Source: Labilithrix sp. (lineage in GTDB: Bacteria; Myxococcota_A; Polyangia; Polyangiales; Polyangiaceae). Taken from it: a stretch of DNA of 64,000 nt. The notes beneath the pieces were generated by a model. The model was given only the letters and a program-made list of their open reading frames with translations, was not told the DNA's origin and made no database searches. The stretch lies in contig JBGAFW010000002.1 in NCBI GenBank assembly GCA_044227045.1, positions 195,457 to 259,456 on the forward strand. The letters run 5' to 3'. Positions 1 to 9,210 of this stretch are shown here, piece by piece (within the stretch, counting starts at the first letter, position 1; each line of letters starts with the position of its first letter). The translations under genes were made by a program, and so were the position numbers.

Positions 1-845
1 GCGAGCTCGGCGAGCGCGGCCTCGCGGACCGCGCGTGCGCGTTCGGCGACGTCCGGATCGTTCATCGTCTTCGCGAGCGGCTTCGGTGGCGGCGCACCTC
101 CGCCGTCCGCGGGCGGCATCACCTTCCGCGTCGCTGCGTCGCTGCTCGTCGGACCGAGGAGATCGCCCGCCGGATCGGGCGGAGGGACGACCGGCGTCGG
201 GCGCTCGTGTCCGCGCGGCCGCGTCGGGTCGTTCGATGACGCGATCGCAACGTTGGGCGCGTTCGGCTCCGTCACCGACTGCGGAGGCGCGACCTTCGTC
301 GTCTCCGATCCGTACGGCGCAGGATCGAACAGCGTCTTGCCAAACGTCGGCGGGACCGGCGCGGGCGGCGCGACCGCGTGGCCGATCGCGGTTGGCATCC
401 CGGCATGCGGGCGCGGCGGAGGTGGCGCGGCGGCGGGCGTCGCGGGCGCGGGCGGCGGAGCAGCCGCGGCGTGTCCGATCGCGGTCGGCAGCCCTGCGTG
501 CGGGCGCGCTGGCGGCGCTGTCATCCCGAGGCCAGGCGAAGGGGTCGGCGCGGGCGCAGGCACGACAGGCGCTCCCGGCACAGCCGCGTGACCGACCGCG
601 GTCGGCATCCCTGCGTGCGGTCGCGCGATCGGCGCGGGACCTGGCGCGGTCGGCTGAGGTGCGACGGGCGGCGGATCGGCGGTCGCGTCGTCGAGCGTGG
701 TCGGAGCAAACGTGCGACCGCATTGGCCGCAAAAGCGGGCCTGCAGGGGAACGGCTGAGCCGCACTGAGGACAGGGTTTGCTATTCACCGCGCGCTGGGG
801 GTCACCATACCTCCACAGCGTCGAAAAACGGAGCGGTTTGCACAT
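1..845 (-). CDS. Partial (C-terminus off window) zinc-ribbon, Pro/Ala-rich repeat protein. N-terminus MCKPLRFSTLWRYGDPQRAVNSKPCPQCGSAVPLQARFCGQCGRTF, followed by three RPHAG[ML]PTA[IV]GHA repeats. Not in the ORF track because no stop lies in the window.
   Basis: Manual translation of the minus strand in the frame whose codons occupy plus positions 3k..3k+2. No stops from 845 down to position 1. CPQCG...CGQCG double-CxxC zinc ribbon. Three near-identical 13-aa repeats match three ~50-bp DNA repeats. ATG at 845-843, alternative GTG at 788. Divergent from the MBL gene at 941. Confidence 0.5.
   Translation of the reverse strand, partial: MCKPLRFSTLWRYGDPQRAVNSKPCPQCGSAVPLQARFCGQCGRTFAPTTLDDATADPPPVAPQPTAPGPAPIARPHAGMPTAVGHAAVPGAPVVPAPAPTPSPGLGMTAPPARPHAGLPTAIGHAAAAPPPAPATPAAAPPPPRPHAGMPTAIGHAVAPPAPVPPTFGKTLFDPAPYGSETTKVAPPQSVTEPNAPNVAIASSNDPTRPRGHERPTPVVPPPDPAGDLLGPTSSDAATRKVMPPADGGGAPPPKPLAKTMNDPDVAERARAVREAALAEL
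369..627. repeat. Three imperfect ~48-bp direct repeats (ccgcgtg[gat]ccgatcgcggt[ct]ggca[tg]ccc[tg]gc[ag]tgcgg[gt]cgcgc) at about 369-418, 461-510 and 580-627. They are coding repeats inside the zinc-ribbon gene.
   Basis: Direct comparison of the sequence. Spacing between copies is unequal (about 42 and 70 bp). The copies translate to RPHAGMPTAIGHA on the minus strand. Confidence 0.7.
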
Positions 846-940
846 GCTCGCCGTGCGCCTGCGGCTCGACGTCGAGGCGCCCGGCACGAAAGGCTTGCCA
901 TAGCGTTTCCCTCTTGCGATGACAGACGACAGGCAGAGCG

Positions 941-1852
941 ATGCGCGTCTTCGTGCTCGGAAGTGGATCGAGCGGCAACGCGCTCCTCGTCGAATCGTGC
1001 GGCACGCGTGTGCTCATCGAGGCGGGCGTGTCGCCCCGCTCGATCGTGACGCGCCTCGCGCAGCTCGGGGTCGATCTTCGCCCTGGCGATCTCCATGGCA
1101 TCGTCGCGACGCATCACCACGGCGATCATTTCGGATACGCCGAGAGGCTCTCCTCGGCGTTCGGCGCGCCGCTCTTCTTGCATCCGGGGATCGATCCGAG
1201 CGTGCGCCAGCGGACCAAGCGCGAGCCGGAAGAAGAGGCGCCTCTCAGCGGACCGCTCAGCCTCTCTCCGCTCAGCCAGAGCGCGCCGTCGAGCACGCCG
1301 TCGCCGCCGCCGTCGGCGGTGTCGCCCTCGCCCGCGGCGCCTCCCGAGCTACACCGCGTCGAGATGAACAAGGCCTTCCGCGTGGGTGAGCTCACGATCA
1401 CGACCGCGCATGTTCCCCACGATGCCCCGCAGGTCGCCATTCGCGTCGACGACGGCGCGTCGGCGCTTGGCGTGGCGACGGACGTCGGGCGCATCACGCC
1501 GTCGCTCATCGCGCTGCTCGCCGAGTGCGACGCGGCGCTGGTCGAGGCGAACCATTGCACCGAGATGCTCGCGTTCAGCGAGTACCCCGACATCGTCAAG
1601 CGGCGCGTGGGCGGCGGCTACGGCCATCTCTCCAACACGCAGACCGCCGAGCTGGCCGCGCGTCTCGTCGGCTCGAGGCTCGCGCGGCTGTGGCTTGGCC
1701 ACCTGTCGCGGTCGAACAACACGCCTGCGCGTGCTCTTGAGGTCGTGGCGACGCGTGCCCGCCGTATGGACGTGTCGGTCGTGCCCCAGGCGACCCCCGT
1801 GGCCCTTCACGTTCGGTCGACCAAGCCCTATCAGCTAGGGCTCCCGTTCTAA
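941..1852 (+). CDS. MBL-fold metallo-hydrolase with a Pro/Ser-rich low-complexity insert
   Basis: HxHxDH motif (ATHHHGDH) and the N-terminal VLGSGSSGN beta-lactamase-fold signature. Internal SPLSQSAPSSTPSPPPS linker. Coherent composition. Confidence 0.8.
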   Translation: MRVFVLGSGSSGNALLVESCGTRVLIEAGVSPRSIVTRLAQLGVDLRPGDLHGIVATHHHGDHFGYAERLSSAFGAPLFLHPGIDPSVRQRTKREPEEEAPLSGPLSLSPLSQSAPSSTPSPPPSAVSPSPAAPPELHRVEMNKAFRVGELTITTAHVPHDAPQVAIRVDDGASALGVATDVGRITPSLIALLAECDAALVEANHCTEMLAFSEYPDIVKRRVGGGYGHLSNTQTAELAARLVGSRLARLWLGHLSRSNNTPARALEVVATRARRMDVSVVPQATPVALHVRSTKPYQLGLPF

Positions 1853-1943
1853 TCAACGGCTGATGGCTCGCGGCGTGCCCCCGTCCACGCGTTGAAAGCT
1901 GGGCTGGCGCCCGGCCGCGGGCACGACTAAAAGGCGAAACGTT

Positions 1944-2261
1944 ATGACCGATCAACCTCGCCTCGTCATGTGCAAGAAGCTCGGCAAAGAGCTCCCTGGT
2001 CTCCCGAAGCCGCCGTACAAGAACGAGCTCGGCAAGCGCATCTACGAAGAGGTCTCGAAAGAGGCCTGGGACATGTGGATCAAAGACTCGGTCAAGTACA
2101 TCAACACCTACCGCGTCGATCTCACGACCCCGCAGGGACAGAAATTCATGTTCGACCAAGCCGAGGTCTACTTCGGCTTCAAGGACGGCAAGCTCGCGGA
2201 CACCGCGTTCGTTCCGGCGCAGCCTGGTGCGGCGGAGGACGACGACGAGGACGACAAGTAA
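1944..2261 (+). CDS. yggX: YggX-family Fe(2+)-trafficking / oxidative-damage protection protein with an acidic tail
   Basis: LGKRIYEEVSKEAWDMW closely matches the YggX core (GELGKRIYNEISKEAW.QW). About 90 aa core plus a C-terminal EDDDEDDK tail. Confidence 0.75.
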   Translation: MTDQPRLVMCKKLGKELPGLPKPPYKNELGKRIYEEVSKEAWDMWIKDSVKYINTYRVDLTTPQGQKFMFDQAEVYFGFKDGKLADTAFVPAQPGAAEDDDEDDK

Positions 2262-2285
2262 GCACGACGACCGAGACGACCCACG

Positions 2286-5200
2286 ATGAACATCGCGAAC
2301 GGAACGAGCACGAACGGCGCGGCAGCCACGGCGAGCGCGGCAGGCGCAGACAGCTTTCGCGTCATGCGCAAATCATTTCCTCCGCCGGAGGGCTTGCCGA
2401 GCTCCGAGATGCCGCTCGGCGTCTCCGGCTTCCGCTACTCGGATCTGTTCGTGCCCGAGCGCCTCAAAGATCTTTACGATGTATTCTGCACGGATCTAGA
2501 GAAGCGCGCCCCTGACACGTGGCGGGCCTACGAGGCCTACCGCGCGAGCCAGGGCACCGGGATGAAGCCCGAGGAGATCTCGAGCGCCGTCCTCGCCGTC
2601 GCCCCGCACGTGAGCGCGTTCGTCGGCAAGCTGTTCGGCGTCGAGAAGGAGATCGCCGAGCTCGCCCACGAGGTGAAGGACCGCTCGCCGCTCTGGAAAT
2701 TCAAGGCGGACTTCGCCAAGAAGCGCGTCCTCAAGGACAACGCGGGCAAGGCGTGGAAGGGCACGTTCGCCGAAGCCGGCGGCGTGGCGACGGCGGCGAT
2801 CACGGCGATGTTCCCGCAGCGCCCCGACGCTGTCCTCCGTGGGACGCAGAGCTACCCGGACGAGGAGCTCGCCGTCGCGAAGGCCGTCCTCATGCTCGTC
2901 GAGGTCGACGACACCGCGCGCAAGGCCGCGAAGGCAGGCGGCGCGACGTGGACGTCGGAGCTTCGCGAGCGCGCCGCCACCGTTCGCCATGCGCTCACGT
3001 CGAGCTGGAACGCGTCGCGTATCAGCGAGGAGGCATGCAAGGTCGCCGATCCGGCCGCGCCCACCGACGCGGAGAACCAGAAGGTCGTCGCCTTCGCGCT
3101 CGACGCGATCGAAGCGTGGCTTGGCTTCCGCCGAAAGGATCACGCCGACCCCGCGTATCACTGGCCGTCGCTTCGCGTCCCGAAGAACATCGACTACCAG
3201 CACCTCCCCGACCACGAGCGTCGCGAGCGCGACGGGTTTCCGCTCACCGATCGCCGCGCCGACCCGCGGCAAGCCGAGCAAGAGATCGACTACTGCCTCT
3301 ACTGCCACGAGCGCGACAAGGACTCGTGCTCGAAGGGCCTGCGTGACAACAAGACGAACGAGGTGAAGAAGAACCCGCTGACGGTCCTGCTCGACGGCTG
3401 CCCGCTCGACGAGAAGATCAGCGAGATGCACGTCGTTCGTCGCGAGGGCGACGCGCTCGGCGCGCTCGCGATCGTGTGCATCGACAACCCGATGTGCCCG
3501 GGCACCGGTCACCGCATCTGCAACGACTGCATGAAGGCATGCGTCTTCCAGAAGCAAGAGCCGGTCAACATCCCGCAGATCGAGACGCGTGTGCTCACCG
3601 AGGTCCTCTCGCTGCCTTGGGGCCTCGAGATTTACGGCCTCCTCACGCGATGGAACCCGCTCGACGTTCGCCGGCCGTATTCGCTTCCGTACAACGGCAA
3701 GAACGTCATGGTCGTCGGCCTCGGCCCGGCCGGCTACACGCTCGTGCACCATCTCACGCGCGAAGGCTTCGGCGTCGCGGCGATCGACGGCCTCAAGATC
3801 GAGCCGCTGCCGATCGAGCTCACCGGCGACGCGAAGACGCCCCCGACGCCGATCAAAGACTTCGGCTCGCTCTACGAAGAGCTCGACGAGCGCACGCTGC
3901 TCGGCTTCGGCGGCGTCAGCGAGTACGGCATCACCGTTCGTTGGGACAAGAACTTCCTCACGCTCCTCTACATCACGCTCGCGCGAAAGCGCCTGCTGCG
4001 CATCTACGGCGGCATCCGCTTCGGCGGCACGCTCACGCTCGACGACGCATGGGAGCTCGGCTTCGATCACGTCGCGCTCGCCGCCGGCGCGGGACGCCCC
4101 ACGATCATCGATCTGAAGAACAACCTCTCGAAGGGCATTCGCAAGGCGAGCGACTTCTTGATGGCGCTTCAATTGACGGGCGCTTACAAGCGAAGCTCGC
4201 TCGCGAACCTGCAGATCCAGCTCCCCGCGGTGGTCATCGGCGGCGGCCTCACCGCGATCGACACGGCCACGGAGCTGCTCGCGTACTACCCCGTCCAGAT
4301 CGAGAAGCTCGCCACGCGCGTCCGCGATCTCGTCGCGCAGAAGGGCGCCGACGGCGTCCGCGCGATGTTCGACGACGAGGAGTGGGGTGAGCTCCAAGTC
4401 CAGCTCGCCCACGCGAAGGAGCTCGAAGACGAGCGCGAGCGCGCCGCAAAAGAAGGACGCGATCCGCGCATCCAGCCGCTGCTCGACAAGTGGGGCGGCG
4501 TCTCCCTCGTCTACCGGCGAAGCGTGCTCGAGTCGCCCGCCTACCGCCTGAACCACGAAGAGGTTCAGAAGAGCCTCGAGGAAGGCGTGCGCTACATCGA
4601 GAACCTCTCGCCCACCGAGGCGGTGCTCGACAAGTTCGGTCACGTGAAGGCGATGAAGTTCCGTCGCAACACGGGCACTCGTGACGAGGTCGAGATCCCC
4701 GCACGCACCGTCTGCGTCGCGGCCGGCACGAGCCCCAACACGATGTACGAGAAGGAGTACGAGGGCTCCTTCGCGCTCGATCAGAAGAAGCAATACTTCC
4801 AGGCGCACGAAGCGAAGGTCGACGAGAACGGCGTCATCTCGCTCACGCCTTCGTCACAGAAGAACCCCGAGGCGTTCTTCACGAGCTACCTCAAGGACGG
4901 GAAGCACACCGTCTCGTTCTACGGCGACAACCATCCGTTCTACGCAGGCAGCGTCGTCAAGGCGATGGCGAGCGCGAAGCACGGCTTTCACCACGTCGGT
5001 CATCTCTTCCCCGAGATCAAGAAGCTCGCGGCGAGCGATCAGCCCGCCCGCAACGACAAGCTCGCCCAGTTCTTCGCGACCCTCGACGACTCGCTCGTCG
5101 CACGCGTCGTCGAGGTCAATCGCTTGACGAAGACGATCGTCGAGGTCGTGGTCAAGGCGCCGATGGCGGCGCGCAAGTTCAAGCCTGGCCAGTTCTACCG

Positions 5201-6074
5201 GCTCCAGAATTTCGAGTCGTACGCGCCCGTGCTCGACGGCACGCGCCTCGGCATGGAAGGCCTCGCGCTCACGGGCGCGTGGATCGACGAAGAAAAAGGC
5301 CTCCTTGGCACGATCGTGCTCGAGATGGGCGGTTCGTCGCGTCTCTGCGCGGCGCTGCGACCAGGCGAGCCGATCATCTTGATGGGCCCGACCGGCACGC
5401 CCACCGAAGTGAAGGCGCACGAGACCGTGCTCCTCTGCGGCGGTGGTCTCGGCAACGCCGTCCTCTTTTCCATCGCGCGCGCGATGAAGGCGCTCGGCGA
5501 CACCGTCCTCTACTTCGCGGGGTACAAGAAGGGCGAAGACCTCTTCAAGCAGGACGACATCGAGCGCTACACCGACCAGGTCATCTGGTGCACGGACACC
5601 GGCGCCGACGTGAAGCCGCGCCGCCCGCAAGACACGCATTTTCGCGGCAACATCGTTCAAGCGATGGTCGCCTACGGAAAGGGCGAGCTCGGCGTCGATC
5701 GGAAGGTGAAGCTCTCCGACGTCAGCCGCATCATCGCGATCGGATCCGACCGCATGATGGCCGCCGTCAAAGAGGCGCGCCACGGCATCCTCGAGCCGAT
5801 GCTCAACCCGCGTCACGTCGCGATCGGCAGCATCAACTCACCGATGCAATGCATGATGAAGGAAGTCTGCGCGCAGTGCCTGCAGAAGCACTTCGACCCG
5901 AAGACGGGCAAGGAGTCGCTCGTCTTCAGCTGCTTCAATCAGGACCAGGAGCTCGACACCGTCGACTTCAAGCACCTGAACGATCGCCTCCGCGCCAACT
6001 CGATGCAGGAGAAGGTCGCGAACGCGTGGCTCGATCGCCTGCTCGAGAAGCACCCGAGCATCCTTCGCATCTGA
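2286..6074 (+). CDS. 1262-aa multidomain Fe-S flavoprotein oxidoreductase. An unknown ~400-aa N-terminal domain is fused to a glutamate-synthase-small-subunit (GltD/SudA)-like FAD/NAD(P) domain and a PyrK/FNR (SudB)-like C-terminal domain.
   Basis: Cys clusters CLYCHERDKDSC, CIDNPMCPGTGHRICNDCMKAC and C-terminal CMMKEVCAQC. Rossmann motif VVGLGPAGY plus AVVIGGGLTAID. PyrK-like GQFYRL...LCGGGLGNAVL motif. Confidence 0.7.
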   Translation: MNIANGTSTNGAAATASAAGADSFRVMRKSFPPPEGLPSSEMPLGVSGFRYSDLFVPERLKDLYDVFCTDLEKRAPDTWRAYEAYRASQGTGMKPEEISSAVLAVAPHVSAFVGKLFGVEKEIAELAHEVKDRSPLWKFKADFAKKRVLKDNAGKAWKGTFAEAGGVATAAITAMFPQRPDAVLRGTQSYPDEELAVAKAVLMLVEVDDTARKAAKAGGATWTSELRERAATVRHALTSSWNASRISEEACKVADPAAPTDAENQKVVAFALDAIEAWLGFRRKDHADPAYHWPSLRVPKNIDYQHLPDHERRERDGFPLTDRRADPRQAEQEIDYCLYCHERDKDSCSKGLRDNKTNEVKKNPLTVLLDGCPLDEKISEMHVVRREGDALGALAIVCIDNPMCPGTGHRICNDCMKACVFQKQEPVNIPQIETRVLTEVLSLPWGLEIYGLLTRWNPLDVRRPYSLPYNGKNVMVVGLGPAGYTLVHHLTREGFGVAAIDGLKIEPLPIELTGDAKTPPTPIKDFGSLYEELDERTLLGFGGVSEYGITVRWDKNFLTLLYITLARKRLLRIYGGIRFGGTLTLDDAWELGFDHVALAAGAGRPTIIDLKNNLSKGIRKASDFLMALQLTGAYKRSSLANLQIQLPAVVIGGGLTAIDTATELLAYYPVQIEKLATRVRDLVAQKGADGVRAMFDDEEWGELQVQLAHAKELEDERERAAKEGRDPRIQPLLDKWGGVSLVYRRSVLESPAYRLNHEEVQKSLEEGVRYIENLSPTEAVLDKFGHVKAMKFRRNTGTRDEVEIPARTVCVAAGTSPNTMYEKEYEGSFALDQKKQYFQAHEAKVDENGVISLTPSSQKNPEAFFTSYLKDGKHTVSFYGDNHPFYAGSVVKAMASAKHGFHHVGHLFPEIKKLAASDQPARNDKLAQFFATLDDSLVARVVEVNRLTKTIVEVVVKAPMAARKFKPGQFYRLQNFESYAPVLDGTRLGMEGLALTGAWIDEEKGLLGTIVLEMGGSSRLCAALRPGEPIILMGPTGTPTEVKAHETVLLCGGGLGNAVLFSIARAMKALGDTVLYFAGYKKGEDLFKQDDIERYTDQVIWCTDTGADVKPRRPQDTHFRGNIVQAMVAYGKGELGVDRKVKLSDVSRIIAIGSDRMMAAVKEARHGILEPMLNPRHVAIGSINSPMQCMMKEVCAQCLQKHFDPKTGKESLVFSCFNQDQELDTVDFKHLNDRLRANSMQEKVANAWLDRLLEKHPSILRI

Positions 6075-6075
6075 T

Positions 6076-6516
6076 TCACTTCGATTGATCGGTGAAGCAA
6101 TCGGCGAAGCCGAACACGTTGAAGCCGTCGTCTTTGGCTTCGTTCACCCAGCTGCCTTCGCTGTCTTTGTAGAGCCGGTTCACCGCGTTCGGACCGTCGT
6201 ACCGGTCTTTGCGAAGCTTGATGTCGCGCTTGTCCCACTCGGCTTTCGAGAGCGTGCGCTGCTCCATCGAGCCGTGGTTCGTCAGCTCCTTCAAGGTGTA
6301 CGTGCCGTTCTTCTCGTAGACCGTGACCTGCTGATCGGGACCGCCGCCGGACTCGAAGACGTTGCAGTCGAGGAGCTTCTTGCCTTCGGTGAGGTTGGCG
6401 TCGTCTCCTGTGACTGCACCAGGCGACGAGACGTCGGAGGCGTCCGAGCCGGAGCAGCCCACCAAAAGACCCAACAAAACCGCCATTCCCGCGAGCAGAC
6501 CCGTGCGAGCGACCAT
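6076..6516 (-). CDS. Hypothetical lipoprotein
   Basis: Signal peptide with lipobox LLVGCSG. Hydrophilic, charged mature region. Confidence 0.6.
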   Translation of the reverse strand: MVARTGLLAGMAVLLGLLVGCSGSDASDVSSPGAVTGDDANLTEGKKLLDCNVFESGGGPDQQVTVYEKNGTYTLKELTNHGSMEQRTLSKAEWDKRDIKLRKDRYDGPNAVNRLYKDSEGSWVNEAKDDGFNVFGFADCFTDQSK

Positions 6517-6596
6517 GTCAGTCTATGCAATGAAAGGCACGATTGCGCAAGGTCCGAAGTTCTGAAATTGCGCAAGTTGCGCAAATTCAGGGCTGT

Positions 6597-7472
6597 TCAC
6601 GGAAGGCACAAGAAGGTCATGCCCGCCGCGTTGGGCGGCGTCGTGAGCGTGAGCGCGCTCGTCGCGCTGCCGGTGGAGAGCGAGGGCTTGGCGTCTGCCG
6701 ACCCGATCGGAGGCGGCGCAGGGAAGACCGCTGTTCGCGTGACGCCGCCCGAGTCGAACGTGAGGTACGTCGCAGAGCCGCCCGACGCGTTCGTGACCTT
6801 CGCCTCGACCATCTTCGATGGGACACCGACGAAGACGCGTGCGTCTTCGTAGCGTGTGTCGAGCGCGGCGCGAGTGACGACGAGGCGCTCGCTCGTCGCC
6901 GTCGTCGCGTCGAAGAGGACGCTCACCGTGTTGGGGAGGTTCTTCACCGCGAGTGACGCGATCGCGTCCGTGCCGGCGACGGACAGGCTCTCGGTGCCGG
7001 GCGCGCCACCTTGGAAGTCCTTCGCCTCGAGCGCTCCACGAAGGACGTCCATCTTCGTCGTGACGGTGCCAGCGCGCGCGAGCTTCAACGCAAAAGCGGA
7101 GGGCTTGCCGTCATCGACGGTGATCGTGATCGCGTCGGGCGTGGTGCCCGATCCCGAGACGACGCGCCGCTGCAGTGCGCCGGGCTCGGACACGAACACC
7201 CGGTAGTCGCTGCCCGACGGCTGGTCGACGACGTAGACGACGCCGGCCGCGTCGCGACCGATACCGAGCACGTTCGAGAGGGTCGTGGGCTTGTCGACTT
7301 CGGCCAGCGGGTTACACGGAACGCTCGCAGCGCCGCTCTCGGAGGACACCTTTCCGTTTGCGTCGTCACGAGACGGCTCGGACGAGCCGCTGCTCGAACA
7401 ACCAACAAGCAGCAGAGCTCCTTGTGTGCACATCGCGAGGGTGAACGCGGAGACGAGGGTAGGTCGGTTCAT
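6597..7472 (-). CDS. Hypothetical lipoprotein (start at MNRPTLVSAF)
   Basis: Signal peptide plus lipobox LLVGCSSS. Ser/Thr-rich secreted composition. Confidence 0.55.
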   Translation of the reverse strand: MNRPTLVSAFTLAMCTQGALLLVGCSSSGSSEPSRDDANGKVSSESGAASVPCNPLAEVDKPTTLSNVLGIGRDAAGVVYVVDQPSGSDYRVFVSEPGALQRRVVSGSGTTPDAITITVDDGKPSAFALKLARAGTVTTKMDVLRGALEAKDFQGGAPGTESLSVAGTDAIASLAVKNLPNTVSVLFDATTATSERLVVTRAALDTRYEDARVFVGVPSKMVEAKVTNASGGSATYLTFDSGGVTRTAVFPAPPPIGSADAKPSLSTGSATSALTLTTPPNAAGMTFLCLP

Positions 7473-7684
7473 GCGCGCGCCCTCTGCAGGCGATGCACCA
7501 ACACGTTTCCGACGAAAATCCCTGGCGATCGCGCTTCGATCCGTGTGCCATGGCACAAGAAGACGACCTCTCGATCACCAATGAACCCAGAGATCACCCG
7601 TGTCCATGAAGCCACTCAGCGAACCGTTGGCGGTGACGCCGAAACCGCTCATCGCGTGCGCGGTCGTTCGATGACGGCGATGAA

Positions 7685-8071
7685 ATGACCCGTCGCCTCG
7701 CTGCGCTGTGCATCGTGCTCACGATCGCGCTTGGGATCGCGTCGCGAAAGGTTCACCTCGGCGTCTTCGTCTGGGACAAGAGCCTCGGCGACGCGCTCTA
7801 CACGGTGATGATTTACTTCTTCCTCGCGGCGCTTCGACCCCAGACGAGGCCGCAGATGCTCGGCGTCGCTTCGTTCGTCATCTCGTTCGCGATCGAGCTC
7901 TTTCAGCTCACCGGCGTGCCGGAGCGCATGCCATTCCCGATCAACCGGATCCTGGGCACGACGTTCCAGTGGCACGACGTCGCCTGCTATGTCGTGGGCG
8001 CTGGCGTGGTGACCGGTGCCCACGTCGTGGTGGAGAAGAAGACTAGCGCGTCAGGGAAGAACGCGCGTTAG
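7685..8071 (+). CDS. Small integral membrane protein (3-4 TM helices)
   Basis: Hydrophobic segments LAALCIVLTIALGIA, VMIYFFLAAL, VASFVISFAIELF and VACYVVGAGVVTGA. Its stop overlaps the trxA stop tail-to-tail. Confidence 0.5.
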   Translation: MTRRLAALCIVLTIALGIASRKVHLGVFVWDKSLGDALYTVMIYFFLAALRPQTRPQMLGVASFVISFAIELFQLTGVPERMPFPINRILGTTFQWHDVACYVVGAGVVTGAHVVVEKKTSASGKNAR

Positions 8072-8424
8072 ACCGACGCCGAGGCCGAGGCCGCCTCATC
8101 GGGGAGGAGCCGCAGCAGCGTCTCCATCGACGTCGCGCCGGTGTGTCGCTTGTGCTCCTTGCCACCGACGAACGAGATGATCGTCGGAAGCGCACGCACG
8201 CGGTACTGCGCGGCGATCGCGGCGGACTCGTCGGCGTCGATGCGGAGGACGCGGACCTTGCCGCCATGACGCTCGGCGATCTTCTCGATGATGGGCTCGA
8301 GCGCGCGGCACGGGCCGCACCAGTCAGCGCCGAAGTCGAGGAGGACGGGCAGGGGGGACTCCAGCACCTGGGCGGCGAAGTCGGTCTCGGTGATCATGGG
8401 CACGTGTTTCGTGGGTTTGCTCAT
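8068..8424 (-). CDS. trxA: Thioredoxin
   Basis: WCGPC active site. About 110-aa core. Confidence 0.9.
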   Translation of the reverse strand: MSKPTKHVPMITETDFAAQVLESPLPVLLDFGADWCGPCRALEPIIEKIAERHGGKVRVLRIDADESAAIAAQYRVRALPTIISFVGGKEHKRHTGATSMETLLRLLPDEAASASASV

Positions 8425-8526
8425 GCCAAACCAGGTCCCGACACCGCCGCTTCTTACTCGACATCAGAGAGGAATAGATTTTCGACAAAGCCTGTAAGAC
8501 CCGCGAACGCCAGCACCTAGAATCGG

Positions 8527-9126
8527 TTGGAGAGCCCTTTGAGCCAGAGCAGCGAGCACGAGAGCAGAGCCCTCACCGAGAGAGGGGTCCGGCGTGACCC
8601 CATCGACGCGCTGACGGATCTCATCCGCGCACAACGGGCGTCGTTCGTAAGCGCCGCACGTCGTGAAGGTCTCGGCGCCGAAGACGCGGTCGAGGTCGCG
8701 CAGGAAGCGCTCTCCACGTTCCTTCAAATCATCCAGCGCGGCGAGGCGCCGGAGGCGGCGAGCGAGTGGCCTGCGTACGTCACGACGATCACGAAGAACG
8801 CCGCGAAGAATCGCCGTCGCCGTCATCACAACGCGCTCCCGCACGAAGCGATCGACGCGCTCGACGCGAGCGGCAAGACGCCCGCGGCGTCGATCTCCGA
8901 CGGCAGCGCGACCGCCGAGGAGCTCCTCGCGGAGGCCGAAGAGCACGTGCGTCTTCGCGCGTGCGTCGAGCGTCTATGTGGAACGCAGAAGTCCGTCGTG
9001 ATGCTGCGGCTGCTCGAGGAGCGCGCAGGGCAAGACGTCGCGAGCGAGCTTGGCATCACACGCGGGCACGTCGACGTCCTCCTCCATCGGGCGAAGGCGT
9101 CGCTGCGCGAATGCATGATGGAGTGA
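8527..9126 (+). CDS. ECF-type RNA polymerase sigma-70 family factor
   Basis: Region 2 (EDAVEVAQEALSTFL) and region 4 HTH (QDVASELGITRGHVDVLLHRAKASLR). Confidence 0.85.
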   Translation: MESPLSQSSEHESRALTERGVRRDPIDALTDLIRAQRASFVSAARREGLGAEDAVEVAQEALSTFLQIIQRGEAPEAASEWPAYVTTITKNAAKNRRRRHHNALPHEAIDALDASGKTPAASISDGSATAEELLAEAEEHVRLRACVERLCGTQKSVVMLRLLEERAGQDVASELGITRGHVDVLLHRAKASLRECMME

Positions 9127-9210
9127 GCGCGGCTCAGTCGAGTGAGCCAGCTCCTTGCGTGGCGCTCGGTTGATCGAAGGGGGGCGCTGCACAGGCGATG
9201 ACGATGCGTT

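Noticed and set aside
369-627. Three ~48-bp direct repeats as a CRISPR array
   Set aside because: The repeats are imperfect, and the spacers are unequal (about 42 and 70 bp) and GC-rich. The repeats translate in-frame to a peptide repeat of a coding gene. No cas genes are present.
35-1389. Plus-strand ORFs 35-922, 253-591, 378-758 and 919-1389 (Arg/Ala/Pro/Gly-rich)
   Set aside because: These are homopolymer-like high-GC compositions. The opposite strand encodes a coherent zinc-ribbon repeat protein, so these are frame artefacts.
2496-4808. 770-aa minus-strand ORF inside the large oxidoreductase gene
   Set aside because: It is antisense to a gene with clear cofactor motifs. Its composition is dominated by R/A/L/E/D runs typical of GC-rich antisense frames.
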